A DNA stretch of 61,682 nucleotides from Octopus bimaculoides (taxonomy: Eukaryota). This document shows, piece after piece, positions 1 to 13,400 of the stretch. The notes below the pieces were generated by a model. That model was not told the DNA's origin and did not search any database. It saw nothing but the letters and a program-made list of their open reading frames with translations. The position numbers and the translations under genes were made by a program. Where the stretch lies: the NCBI RefSeq assembly GCF_001194135.2, contig NC_068984.1, positions 41,044,445 through 41,106,126 on the forward strand. The letters are read 5' to 3'. How positions within the stretch are numbered: the first letter of the stretch is position 1; each line of letters begins with the position of its first letter.

Positions 1-386
1 CGTTGCCAGTGCCCCTGGACTGGCTCTTGTGCGGGTGGCACATAAGATGTACCATCTTGAGCGTGACCGTTGCCAGTACTGCCTGACTGGCCTTTGTAGG
101 GTTTTCGAGCGAGATCGTTGCCAGTGCCCCTGGACTGGCTCTTGTGCGGGTGGCACATAAAAGACACCATTTCGAGCGTCGCCGTTTTCGTGCTTGTGAC
201 ACGTAAAAGCACCCACTACACTCTCTGAGTGGTTGGCGTTAGGAAGGGCATCCAACTGTAGAAACTCTGCCAAATTAAATTGGAGCCTGGTGTTGCCATC
301 CGGTTTCACCAGTCCTCAGTCAAATCGTCCAACCCATGCTAGCATGGAAAGCGGACGTTAAACGATGATGATGATGATGATGATAC
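1..386 (+). mobile_element. Young RTE-clade LINE 3' end (family A) with about 67-bp subrepeats and (GAT)n tail
   Basis: ggttggcgttaggaagggcatcc...ggacgttaaacgatgatgat tail. The same tail is attached to RTE RT coding sequence at 39065-40228. Confidence 0.85.
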
Positions 387-1454
387 ATATATTTTGTGTT
401 CTTTTAATTATTTTCATTGACCAAGCAACCCAACATGCTTCAACTATGTCAAAAAATAATTAATGTAGTAGTTTGGAACAAGGATTTTTCTCTTCATGTG
501 CAATAGTCATTACGACTGGTTTGTTTCAATAAACTTTCAGGGATTTAGTGAAGCAACTAACTTCTGTTGTTTTTACTGACACATTAACCTGGTGCTTAGA
601 AAACAGCCTAACAAACTGTTTTTGCATTAAAATGAGATGAAATGTTTAGCTACTGAAATTTCACATTTAAGTAATAAGATTATGTAGATACATGAATATT
701 AAGATTTTAAATTCTTCTATGGAAATCTTCTTGAAAACACCCTTGTTCCATGATATCAACTTGTCCAAAATGGCTAATATTAAAGAGTTTATATCTAAAT
801 TAAAATCTTTAGTATATCATCACATTTGGCATTAGGAAGAGCATCCTGCCATAGAAACCATGCCAAATCAGATTGGAATCTAGTGCAGCTCTCCAGCTTA
901 CATTAAAGTATTTAGTCCAACATTGAAAACCTACTACTGCTATTATTTGATAGTAACATCATCTAAGATTATAAAAAGAAATTTAAAAAAAAAAAACCCA
1001 CTGTAACACTGGACAGACTACTGAGTAATATAATAATAGCTATTATTTGTGTAATTCCTATTGTACAACAAAATAAAAAGGCTATATCAAAAATATAAAA
1101 TATTTTTCAAATATAAAATATTGTTTTAGAATTTAAATTTACCATAAATTCATAATACAACATATAATCTTAAAAAGAAAAAAAATTGAAGATTTAACCT
1201 TGAACGAAAAAATAAAATATCTAAAATGCAACATTAAACAAACACCTATTCTAAAAAATAACGCATTTTAAATAGACATTGTATATGGGCAACTGAATGA
1301 GATCTAGTTTCAATTTCTATTTAAGCCACTTCACTTCACTAACATTGTACCTATGATCACCAATGTAAATCAAATGATTCCACCCCTGTCATTGTATATG
1401 AATTTGAAATCGCTTGTGCTGAGTCATAATGGTGGTTATGAAACTTCAAAACCT

Positions 1455-1489
<35 letters not shown>

Positions 1490-1840
1490 GAAACTCAACA
1501 ACTAAACACACACAAGTAATGACAACAACATCACCACTAATGCTGCCATTATCAGTGTTTTAATGTCCACTTTCCAATGCTTGCATGAGTCACATGCAAT
1601 TTATTAAAGCAGATTTTCTATGACTGGATGTTCTTCCTTTCACCAAACCTCACCTGTTTCCAAACAAGGTAATATTTCCCCATGGCCAGACATGTTTTTC
1701 ATGGAAGAACACTTTATGTATAATGGTGACACTTGTTTACAACTATCACAGAAGATCAACACAAGGAGACACAAACACACACACACATACATATATATAT
1801 ATACACCAACACGCATACACCCCTAATACCACCACACACT

Positions 1841-1889
<49 letters not shown>

Positions 1890-2113
1890 GCATGCACACA
1901 CCTACATACACACACGTAAATGATGGGTCGCTTTCAGTTTCCATCAACCAAATCCACTCACAAAGCTTTGGTCAGCCTGAGGCTATAGAAGAAGACACTT
2001 TGTCAAGATGTCACGCAGCAAACTATTTAACCACACTGCCATGCCAGCACCCATTAACGAATGCTAAAATGCACAAAAATTAAACTAAATAAAATTTGTA
2101 AAATACATTTAAA

Positions 2114-2336
2114 CCCTTTTGATCTCAACCTGCCCAAGACAATAATTGCTTCTATGATACAAGCCCCCTGTCTTAATGTGTTCTAAATTAAAATTTCCTA
2201 TTAAAATTTCATGTTAATTTACATTCCTAATGTCAGCTTAATAATGACAAAGTTATTTTATTACTATATTCTTTATTATTTCTAAAATTAATTGAAAGGA
2301 AAACTGTATTTCAATAGTGATATGGTAACAAAAGGG
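2114..2336. mobile_element. Second piggyBac-type MITE family
   Basis: CCCTTTTG ... CAAAAGGG termini, right TTAA intact, left flank degenerate. Confidence 0.6.
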
Positions 2337-2534
2337 TTAATGTCATAACTGTTTATCTATAAAGCATTTTGATTAATACCATAGCTCTGTGTTTCAGTGA
2401 ACAATTTATTCTGGAGTAACTTCTCAAAGATTTAATCAGAGCAGTTTCTCTTAATGAAGAATGAACTCTTTCAGTAGAGAGACTAAGAAACCTCTTTAAA
2501 AGTTGGCACCACCAAATAATATTGGACCACTTAC

Positions 2535-2635
2535 TTTTATACTAGAATCTGTAGAGGCCGATGCAATGAAGTCTCCGGTCGGATGAAAAGCAATACTTTT
2601 AATTCCAGATCTGTGTCCATAAAACGTTTTTTGAA
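2535..2635 (-). CDS. KATNB1: Katanin p80-like exon 4 (VQKTFYGHRSGIKSIAFHPTGDFIASASTDSSIK); gene continues beyond left edge
   Basis: ttccag acceptor, gtaagt donor, 101 nt. Matches [32 protein letters not shown]. No further exon was recognised in 1-2534. Confidence 0.95.
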
Positions 2636-2935
2636 CTGGAAATATTAACAAGTTTATAATGAAGACATTACAATGTGATGATATGATAGCATCAGAAGAA
2701 ATGTTTGGTATGATAGAGTGTTTCACTTGCGCAACAGTTTAACTGGAACAGTAACAGCATCAGTCATATTTTTTTTTTTGATACATCTATAGCTATCACC
2801 GAAAAGACGATGAAAAGCTGAGGATATAATTTGGATTAAAATTGAATGAATAGATGAGTTCTTGGGTAACTAGCATTTAAGTTAAAGGTTTATCTCAAGC
2901 TGCAGGTACTTTTGAGTTTCCTGCCAAATAATTGC

Positions 2936-2973
<38 letters not shown>

Positions 2974-3121
2974 GGTGGTGAGCTGGTAGAACTGTTAGTC
3001 AAACCATTGCTTTCATAAACTTTAAGTGAAACACCAACGATAATAAATGAAGAAATAGCAGTGAGTTACCAAAGACATTTAAATATATGCTCTAATGTTT
3101 GTAAATGACATAAAACTTTAC

Positions 3122-3239
3122 CTTTCAGTGTCTCTAGATCCCATACTTTAAATGTTCCAGATCGTGTTCCTGTAGCAACTTTTTCTTCAGAGTGGTCAAA
3201 CCGAACTGCTTCAATGGGCGATACATGACCAAATAAACT
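3122..3239 (-). CDS. KATNB1: Katanin p80-like exon 3 (SLFGHVSPIEAVRFDHSEEKVATGTRSGTFKVWDLETLK)
   Basis: ctgtag acceptor, gtaaag donor, 118 nt, phase 0 to 1. Matches SLTGHTSPVESVRL...GSIRVWDLEAAK. Confidence 0.95.
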
Positions 3240-3335
3240 CTACAGATAAAAAGAGTCGCACAAGAAAAGGTTGCATTTTTGGGAAAAGTTTACAGATTAA
3301 TTTTACAGTGATTAAATAAGTAATTAGTGACCTAC

Positions 3336-3469
3336 CATGATAGCTGTGTACCCATCTTTGCAAAGTGTCCAAAGATTGATTTTTCTGTCCTCACCTCCAG
3401 TAACCAACACCGATGATTTGTGTCCTAATGCAAGACAATTTATAGTCTGTGCATGTGCAGCAAATTCCG
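3336..3469 (-). CDS. KATNB1: Katanin p80-like exon 2 (EFAAHAQTINCLALGHKSSVLVTGGEDRKINLWTLCKDGYTAIM)
   Basis: ttttaaag acceptor, gtaggt donor, 134 nt. Matches WD40-1 of katanin p80 (human [34 protein letters not shown]...CIM). Confidence 0.95.
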
Positions 3470-4074
3470 CTTTAAAAAGAGAAAAATAGAAAATTGGAAA
3501 ATGGAATTTTCATCATTTTAAAAATTTTGATTAAAACTAAGAAATATTGTGACAGAACATTTACGTTTGAATATGGAAAACTAGATGCAAGTGTAACCTG
3601 TTTAAAAAAAATTGTTGGTTGTATGACAATAAATGGATAGTTCTAAATTATTCAATGATAAAGATTCACTTATTTGATCAGCTAAATTACCTGCTCCTGA
3701 ATTAATGTGTAGGAGGTTGAAGATTCCACAGACACACGTGCCCTTAATATAATTCTCAGGTGGAACCAGCATAACCGTGTATGTGTGGCAAGGTTGTACT
3801 TTGCAATTACAAGTACAATCCATCCAATGGGTTCCATACAATTTCTGTCAACCCAATTTCACTCACAGCAGATAGTTTGACTCAATGCCACATAGTGGAA
3901 TCAAAAATCCAGAATCTTGAGGTTGCAAAGTGAACTTCTTAACTATTCAGCCACACAGCACCTACAACAACAATATCTGTGATATTAATACTGAATAACA
4001 CTCAAATCAAGATGATCGTTCAACCTACAGCCAAATCTTCCTCAAATCACACCCTACCATATTGATAAACAATG

Positions 4075-4497
4075 AAGTCTTTGGTGGCTGATGCCAGTGC
4101 TGCCTCACTGGCTCCCATGCTGGTGACACGCAATAAACACCATTCATGTGTGGGTCAATGCCAGTGCCGCCTGACTGGCTCCCTGTGCCGGTGGCATGTA
4201 AAAAGCACCATCCAAGTGCGGTCGATGCCAGCCCCCTCGTGCTGACTGGCTCCTGTGCTAGTGGCACGTAAAAAGCACCATCTGAACATGGCCAATGCCA
4301 GTGCCATCTGACTGGCTCCCGTGCCACTGGCATGTAAAAAGCACTCACTACACTCTTGGAGTAGTTGGCATTAGGAAGGGCATCCAGCTGTAGAAACATT
4401 GCTAGATCAGATTGGAGCCTGGTGAGGCCTCCTGGTTTGCCAGTCTCCAGTCAAACCGACCAACCCATGCTAGCATGGAAAACGGATGATGATGATG
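4075..4497 (+). mobile_element. RTE family A 3' end with four subrepeats
   Basis: Subrepeats start at 4093, 4160, 4227 and 4297; aggaagggcatcc motif; GAT tail. Confidence 0.85.
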
Positions 4498-4924
4498 AAA
4501 GACCAAATCATTTCAGCTGAAAAGACTTTGGTCACAAGTTTGAATGATTAGTGCTCGCTTGGGACTCATCAATGACATGAATATAGTTGCTTTTTCTATG
4601 TCTGAACCCTTAGGAGTATGTTAGTATAAGATGATTCTTATTTAGTATACCAAATGTTATACTTCAAGCATTTTCTCTGTTTCTAATGGATGCAAACTAT
4701 AGAAAACAAGAGTATCTGAAATGTTTCACCAATTAAATAGGAACCTTACTACAACCAGATATATCTCAGGAGAAGCACAACTGAGCCTATTGCTAACAAA
4801 AGGCTCAAGGGGAAATTATAAAAACTTCTTTAAATTATAAACTGCTGAACCAAGTTTTAAAAGAAGCTAAGCAGTTTTAATGAAGTTAATTCAAGTCAAG
4901 ATTTCTGTCATGGTGTAAAGCCAC

Positions 4925-5780
4925 AAGCACCAACCTTCTTTGCATTTGTTGATCTGGAGATGGACTTTGACAGAATAACTTATTAGTCTGCTGGGTGCTA
5001 ATGCAACAAGATGTAGCAGAATGATTTGTAAGAACTGTGCAAGTTGTGTATGTTGGTTCAGTTCACAAGTTTAATAAAGAATTTAGCATACAAGTAGGCA
5101 GCCACCAAGGCTGTGTCCTTAGCCACCATTTATTTTAGTTCCAAAGGTTACAAAACAAGCTCTCCAGAGCATTTATGAAGCTGTTCTCATAGCATAGCAG
5201 AGCAGAGGTCATTTAACTGTTGCAGAAAAAGTTCCAAACTTGGAAGCATGATCTAGAGTTCAAAGAACTAAGTGTCATCATGACAACGACCAAAGTTCTA
5301 GTTGATAAAAATAAGCACTAAATTCAAGTAGAATCTGGGAAGCTGTCATGTTGAGACATAGGAAGAAAGTGAGAAGTTAATACTATGTACTCATTGTAAT
5401 AGATGAAAAAGAGAGAAAAAAAGTGGTGCAGTGAGATCTCTGGAAGGTTGACACTGAAGCACAATTTCAGCTGTGATAAATGAAAGAATAGCTAGCAGTG
5501 TGAGCAGCCATGAGATCAAATGTAATGTGCAAGAGAGAAAACTATGCTGAAATGGGCAAGTGATGCATACTGAAGGTTATATAAAGTGCAGGAGGCTCAA
5601 AGTGAATGGAAACAGTGAAAGTAGGAGACCCAGGAAGATGTAGGAAAATGTGGTAAAGTCTGATCTCAGAATGTTGAGCCGCATGAGATTGGTGTTCTGT
5701 AGTGCTGGAGAAGACCTGCACTCCAGTACAAGCATGACGAAATGAACATTAAACTGGTAGAAGTGACTGAGGTTGGATAT
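4925..5780 (+). mobile_element. Decayed RTE reverse-transcriptase fragment
   Basis: Frameshifted FAFVDLE-DFDR, QVGSHQGCVLS and KKFQTWKHDLE motifs. Confidence 0.75.
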
Positions 5781-7002
5781 GGACGCATGTGTATGTGTGG
5801 GTGAGTGTGTTGTGTACACATGTGTGTGTAATGTGTGTGAAGCACATCTAAACCTCTCATTTAATATATCCCTGTCAAGCCTACATCTGCTGCTTCCCCA
5901 CCTTTTAATACTATTCATCTTTCTTTCATTCTCTGTATTAAGCTAACAGTATGATGACAATGTACGGTTGAGAAGACCTTTTAGTATTGTCAAAGACACA
6001 ATAATCTTTCTAGCATTGGTGGCACCTAGTACACACTAAAGTAGTTGGTAACAAGAAGGGTAACCAGTTATAAAATCCAAACTAAAAATGAAATAGTGGG
6101 TCGCTCACTCACCTAGGCAGTAACTCTGAATAAGAGCTGATTTGCACAATGTCCAAACCAGGCCCAAACCAAAAAAAGATGGATTGATGTGGTTTAAAAG
6201 AATAAACAGAAAAAGAAAAAAAATGGTTGATATTTCAGATACGTCATTACAAATTTATCAATAATCAATAATTGATAAATAATTCAACCAGCAACCACAT
6301 CTTCATATGACATACAGAAATATTTCAGTATGTCATCCAAAGACATGATCAGTAATAAAATATCTGAAACACCAGCTATTTGTTTTCTGCTAATTCTTTT
6401 AAACCATATGTGGCTATACTTACTCCTTCACAGCCCTAATCTATATTGATGCTCCATTGATAGTATAATATTACTGTGGGAGTTAATGTAGCAGGAATCC
6501 GAGTCCCCAATCTTCTATGATAATTTGCCATGTATTCAGCGCATCACCATCAGAGAGAGAGAGAGTGTGTGTATTAATTGTTGGTAAGAATGCAGCATAT
6601 GATTTTGCAACCATAATATACAACCAAGTACATTAAAGATTACTCAATACTGTGTCCTACTTTTTGTGTTAACAGTGCGATTCAATCACTTTTAGGTTAT
6701 CTCTACAGATTTTCTATTGAATTTAGAGCCTGCATTGAAAGTCATGATGTTTTTTTTATATAATATGTCTATGCAAACAAAGTGATCAAAGATAGAAGCA
6801 TAGGTAATGGGTGTATTTGCATATTTCAGGAGTTCTTGCTCCTTTTTCAGCACCACATCCCACCCATTAACTATCCATGAATACACGGCTTAAATAGTCA
6901 CTAAGTTTAGCAATGTAACACTATTGGAGAGACCAACTTACATATTTAATACATTCCTGGCAACAGCTACATACATATTAATTGCTGGTAGGAACACTGT
7001 TG

Positions 7003-7004
<2 letters not shown>

Positions 7005-7053
<49 letters not shown>
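7005..7053. repeat. (TG)n microsatellite; others include (TG)(TA)n 9045-9111, (AAT)n 17773-17849, (TA)n 61535-61572
   Basis: Directly visible. Confidence 0.95.
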
Positions 7054-7056
<3 letters not shown>

Positions 7057-8529
7057 AACGCACATGCAAGTTTGTGCATGTATGTGAGTGTGTGTGACCC
7101 TTGTCTAATACTGCATGATAATTGTAAACAAGAGTCGCCATACAAGTGGTATCATTTACCCCTAATCCTCTGTGGAAATATGTTTAGCCATGGGAGAATA
7201 CCACCTTGCTTGAAAATATATGTGGGTTGGCATTAAAAAGGACATTCTGCTGTAGAAAATCTGCTTTGACAACTTCCATCTGACCCATGCAAGCATGGAA
7301 AAGTGGACATTGAAACAAAGACGATAATTATACATAGTTTTTGAAAAACTATAAATACGTAAATGGCTCTTAAACAAAAAAAAAAAGGTTTAGCTCAAAT
7401 AGAATTATAAATTAGAGATTTTAAAGAGTTCAAGATAACTCGTAATTAATCAGTAAGAAGAATACAAATCACAGGATATATAGACTTTATTTATTTCATA
7501 TTGCAATTTGTGAACAATAGCATTGTTGGTTACAGCTTTCCAACAGGCCAATGACTGGTTCATGACATTTCTAACAACAGGGATACCAAGGAAGTGTTAT
7601 CAGGTGCTTTTCTTTTCTTTTCACTTTACTTATTTTGATTCATGCTGATATTAATATCTTTGATGATATGTATCCCAGTTATAAAGCAACCAACTTGCTA
7701 ATTATGCAGGTTCATTTTCTTATTCCCCTTATCTGTGGTATTTTGCTTTAATCCTCTTTTCAGACAAGGTTAAAAATTCAGAATGAATGAGCAGACCATA
7801 AAAACAATGGCTCAACTAATTACTGTATGATCTCAATCTAAAAATAAAGCATGACAAAACATACAGACATTACTTCACAAACAAAAAGTGTTTCCAGCTG
7901 AAAAAATAAGGTGTGTGGGAAAATGTCTATTCTATAATTTCACATAAGTCAATGACAAACTACTGAAATTTCATTATTTTATCCTCCACATCTGTCGGGA
8001 ATTTTTTATGCAGTGCATGTCTGCTGACTGAGACGCAATTCATGTCAGTTCATAAAGCAGGCACTGCAGCTACATGACATTTTAAATTAGCTATATCCCA
8101 GTTCCTCAGCAATTAACTGAATGTGAGCGCAAACAGTTGCATGTGTAACAATATGGCCATTAGAACAAAGTTCTAAAACCCACTCCTTAGGTTTTGTTTC
8201 CCTTCCCTCATAAGGAGCCAATATAACTTAGTTTGTTTTGTTTTCTTTTTCCCCAAAGCATGTGTTGAGGTATTTCTGAATGTGTCTTCTTTTGAGCTCA
8301 GTCTCTTAGTATTTTTCTGTAATACCAAATTCATGTTTCTCTGTGCAGTCCAAATTTTGTTTAACAGTTTCCCAGTATGGTCACAGCCCCAGGCTGAAAC
8401 CAATTAAAGAATTAAAGAGCCACCAGTTACTTTCAGCTTGGGCTTTTGCATCATAGAGGTTCCATTTTTCTATTCTTTGGCATGGTGTTGGGGTATACTA
8501 TTTAAACCTTATAAATCATTGGTGCAACA

Positions 8530-8720
8530 TAAAAAGCGCCCAGTATACTCTGTAAAATGACTGGCAATAGGAAGTGCATCCAGCCGTAGAAACCATACCA
8601 AAGCAGGAAGTAGAGCTTGGTGCAATCATCTATCTTGTCAGCTCTTGTCAAACCATCCATCCCATGCCAGCATGAAAAGTGGCTGTAAAATGATAAAGAC
8701 AGTAGTGATGATAATGAAGA
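8530..8720 (+). mobile_element. RTE family A tail (old)
   Basis: ggaagtgcatccagccgtagaaacc...ccatgccagcatgaaaagtgg. Confidence 0.75.
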
Positions 8721-9060
8721 ACAATGATTATATTTTATTGACAAGTGGTGATTGCAAATTTAAAGTATAAAAACTTCATTATAATTTTATTATAACCCAG
8801 TTGTCATGAGTCACTTCAAAGTTTGTCTATCAGCAATTCACAGCGAACGTAATCTTAGCCACACATACATTTCTTGATGCAAGTTTACATTAACCAATCA
8901 TTTCTTGAAAAGGGACAACCCCTGCCCATTTCCTTGAAAAAGTTACATCTGACTGGTAAACCTTGTTTGTAAGACAACCTCCTATATCCAGAATCTTAAT
9001 CAGACAGAAAAACTCCCACCTTATAAGCAGGAACATGTGATACATGTGTGTGTGTGTGTG

Positions 9061-9114
<54 letters not shown>

Positions 9115-9149
9115 CTCACACACACATATACAGCAGGCTTCCACAAACA

Positions 9150-10420
9150 CCTAATTCTTATGGCTAACTCTGTTGAAGAACTAGAGAAAAGATTCCAAAC
9201 ATGGAAGCAAAGTCTAGAATTAAGGTTCTTAAAAGTAACCCAGCAAAGACAAAGTTTTAGCTAACAGGAAAGAAAACAGGACTCTACTGCCATCTAGGAA
9301 GTAGTCGTGTTCAATATACATAAAAGGAATAGTTAGGAACTTTAAACTTATAACCAATACAAGCAACATGTAGTCAATTCAAATAAACAAACAATTAAAA
9401 AACAGAGAAAAAAATGAATGTGAGGGCATGCACAAGAAATATATTAATTGGGCACTCGGTGAAGGAAGAGAGTCGTTGTTAACATTTCAATCATAGCTCT
9501 TCGTTGGAAACAGGAAAGTCCAAAGAGAAGGAAGGAAAAATAAGGAAAAATTGCCAACAATTCACATGTGGTTACATTTTTGAAGTGACACCCAAAAGGC
9601 ACAGTGGCATCTCAACCAGCCTATTCTTTATTGAGCATGACCACTTCCTAGTCAACAGTTGAGTTCTGTCTTCTTTAATTAAAACTTTTGTCTTTGCTAG
9701 GATTATTTGAAGGAATCTTTCAACAGATTCAGCTGTGAAAATTAGACCATTAGCATACAAAAATTCACAGACTGCTGGCCTTTAACTCCTTTCTTTATGG
9801 ATTAGATAACAAAATAAACAGGAAGGAGCCAAAAATGTTCACCATACAGACAGTATTTTATACATGGCCGGCATGGCTCTCACAAAAAATTCATCTGTAC
9901 TCAAATTTTTAGTGCCTATCCAGTTACAGAGTATAGAACACTGTGAAGGCTCGCTTTCAAGTTAATACATGCCAAGAACCTGTAACTGTCTCACTGAAGA
10001 GAATACATGGTGACTGTATGATGCTTGTGTACAAAGTACAATATTGCAGAATAGTGAGACATAGGTACTGAATCTGGAGGATATGTGAAAGCCAAAAAAG
10101 AAATAATATGAACATACTCCACTGAATATGTAATGTCAGTACACATGAATGAAGGAGTACAACTGGACCAAGGGGGGAAAAATGGTTTGAGAGGAATCAG
10201 CTGAAGTATACAAGACAAAAGACTGCATTGGTACAGATATGTAATGCAAACGATGAATGATAGTCAGGTGAATAATATCAAAGTGGAAGGAAGATGCAAA
10301 AGGTGAAGAAAACTAATGAAAATGTGGGAAGAAATGGAGACAGCTTATTTCAGGATGCTAAATTTTTCAAAGATGATAAAGGGTTGTAACAAGTGATGAG
10401 ATGTAGTGCTGCAGAAGACC
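9150..10420. mobile_element. Fragmented RTE RT pieces in mixed orientation (about 9150-9370 +, 9570-9770 -, 9985-10420 +)
   Basis: LILMANSVEELEKRFQTWKQ (+), LYANGLIFTAESVE (-, decayed YADD), LYDACVQST (+). Confidence 0.7.
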
Positions 10421-13400
10421 CAGGGGGATTAAGATAAATTATTACATAGTTTAAAGCACAAGTAAATCCAAAACTCTGTTTTTTGGCATAATCATAGTAT
10501 GAATAATACAATAAACAACTGTGAAAGTACAAATTAAATCTAAAGAAACTAAATGTCCCATTCTCCACCATCACAAAAAAAAAAAAAAAAAAAAAAAATT
10601 TTCAGAAGAAAAAAGGATTTTATCCTTTATATCTATACTGTTCAGTATCTATGCATTGAATAAAATTTATCTTTCTACTTGTTCTAATTCCATTAAAATA
10701 AAATCAATTTTAAAAGGTTAACTGATAATTTACTTGAATTTGAATGATTTTTAAAAGATTTTCTATTTATCTTTTAATTACTTTTGAAGGAGTAGGTTTC
10801 AGTAAGGCATGTAAAATACTGAATAAGCATAAACTAGACATAAATTATATGTCTAATAGCACGAAAAAGCAAAACAACTGAGTAAAAAGCAAAACAGATC
10901 AATGACAAATATTGACTAAATTTAATAGGTAATAAATCATGTCTTTATGTATTAGGTCAGTGCAACATCACTAAAGATATTTATCTTTAAGTAATATGTC
11001 AAGGACAACATATAAGCTTAATTGAGTCCATCTTCTTCCAAGCTATCAAACATAACTAAACTGACATGTGAAGCCAGCCATTTAAAGGCAGAAGAATAAG
11101 AAGTTGTGATACATGTACTTTTCTAAAGAATGTTTGCAACATAAGCAAGATGCATCATTACTCTTACAGCACTGAGATTGGGTTGCTGATATGGTAGGCA
11201 GAAAACTTATCGCCATTCTGCAGCGTTTGCATAAGCAAACTGTAATTTATATAGACATTGTAGAAATTAGTCAACCAACCAATTCATTAATAATTCACAA
11301 CCAAAAGAAAAGTCAAGTTAATATATTAGTCTACTAACTCCTAGTAAATGATAGATCATAGCATCATTTTCCTGGCAATGTTTCCTTAAATATTTAATTT
11401 ATTCAGCTCCAACTATTAGCTATTGTGATGTTGTGTGTGCATGTGTGTGTGTGTTTGCGTACATGTACGTGCGTGTGAGCATGCATGCATCTTATCTATA
11501 CAATAGAACCTTTCCAATATACATAGAATGACATTTGTAAACAATGCGCACACCATCGAGATATAAAAAACAGAATACAGTAAATGGCAGTTATTAAACT
11601 AAATGATGGAGCAAATCAATAACAAACTGCTGGATTAAGCCATATGCAGCAATGAGATATCAACATAATGTAACTATATGCAACCAAGATATTTTATCAC
11701 AGTGGTAATAGAGATTTTATCGTGGTCCAACAATAATCAGAAGAACCTATAATGGTCAAAATATCTATAATATTTGCACAAGTGCAGTAGAGCAGTAGAA
11801 GGCACCCAATGAATGAAGATCAGCTTCTAATTCTCAGTTGCAGCTGCTCCATGGGATATTGCTAAAGCGCTTACAAAAACATAAATGTCACGTCTATTTC
11901 CTCTATTCCGTAAACCTGAGGCTTTGTGCCAAGTTAAAAGCACCTAATACAGTTTTCATGATGACATTAAACGCGAGACCAAGCGTAGCATAATTGCTTT
12001 TCCTTTTTTTTTTTTTGCAGACCCAGAGAGAAATTGTAATACCACACAGAAAGCCACTTGTATTGCTTTTATGCTGAGAGCCATAAAATTTACAGTACTT
12101 ATTTATAGCTAGATCATGATCATTGAGTGTTAAGTCACTTCTTCAGAGGCGAACGGTGAAACATATCCTGGCTGGACATGAACCCATCAACCATTTGGTC
12201 ACTAGATCAATACACTCGATCATGACACACTGACACAACTGGACAAGTAAACCAGTACTCTCATGACAATTACCTACAACATTCATAGGTATTAATTACA
12301 AAGAGGAAGTGAGAAAAAGTTAAATAAAACCTATTTCTCAATTCCGTTTAGCATTACTTCACTATTACTAAAGGTGATAGGATGACAAAACAAGTGCTCT
12401 GGAATTGGTACTTATTTTGCAAGGTTCAAATCCTGCCCGATTGGAATTAAACTAATCAACAGCTCCATTAACATGTCGCTTTACACAAAGATAAGAAATC
12501 ATTTAGTTAATCACTTACGTAATGTTTACCACTATGGTACTGTTGTATTAGTTTGGTGAGGATACATATTGCTTATATTGAACTATATTGCCTGTGTTAA
12601 AACAGCAATTTCTATAGATTCTGATAATATATAACAAAGGTCTCAGTTATGGTATTTATAATATTCTTCCAATTAGCATCCTTTGATATTTTAACTATAC
12701 AAGAGGATTATAACTTTGGTGCCAAGAAACAATAAACTACTCTGAACAAATATACTTATGTGTCACAATACACAAGTACAGACATTGCATAGGATTGTGT
12801 GTGTCTGTGTGTGAAGGAAAGAGAATGTGTGAGAAAGACAGTTGAACTTATTCATATTGATATGTGAATTTTACAACCTTCATTATAACACTGGTACTTC
12901 CATCATGCCTTTCATTGGAAAACTGTTGCACATAACTAAGTGCAGGCATGGCTGTATGGTTAACAAGTTCACTTTGCAACCATGAGGTCTTAGGTTCAGT
13001 GCTATGCACAGCACATTGGGTAAATATCTTCTACTAATGCCTTGGGGTAAACCAACTGTCTCATGAGTGGAATTAATAAAAACATGAAATGTGTGTGTGT
13101 GTATATGTACATACACATGCACACATATAGTGTATATGCACATTGATACACACGCACATATATACATATACACTCACACATATATATATTAGAGTGTGTG
13201 CACTAATATACATAGATCATCTTTATTGAATGTGTTCTCTTCCTGTATGAGAAATTGCTTTACTTTTCTGTGTAAGAAAATTAGAGCATTTGCCATTTGC
13301 ATGATTAGTCTTCACCAGAATAGATATTTTAGTTAGAGCTATTTTCATTTCTAATTCATACAAAGATTTCACTATATTTCCCATTCAACTATTAACCTTG

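Noticed and set aside
1-200. Regularly spaced palindromic repeats resembling a CRISPR array (also 4090-4330, 39825-40080)
   Set aside because: Whole units are homologous (no unique spacers), they sit in the 3' UTR of an RTE LINE, there are no cas genes, and the context is eukaryotic.
2496-2726. Initial reading of the WD40 peptide as POC1 or another WD40 protein
   Set aside because: The two upstream exons align specifically and collinearly to katanin p80 WD1-WD2.
7960-8160. Repeat-free, motif-dense stretch that looks like a conserved enhancer
   Set aside because: Impression only; it cannot be supported without cross-species alignment or chromatin data.
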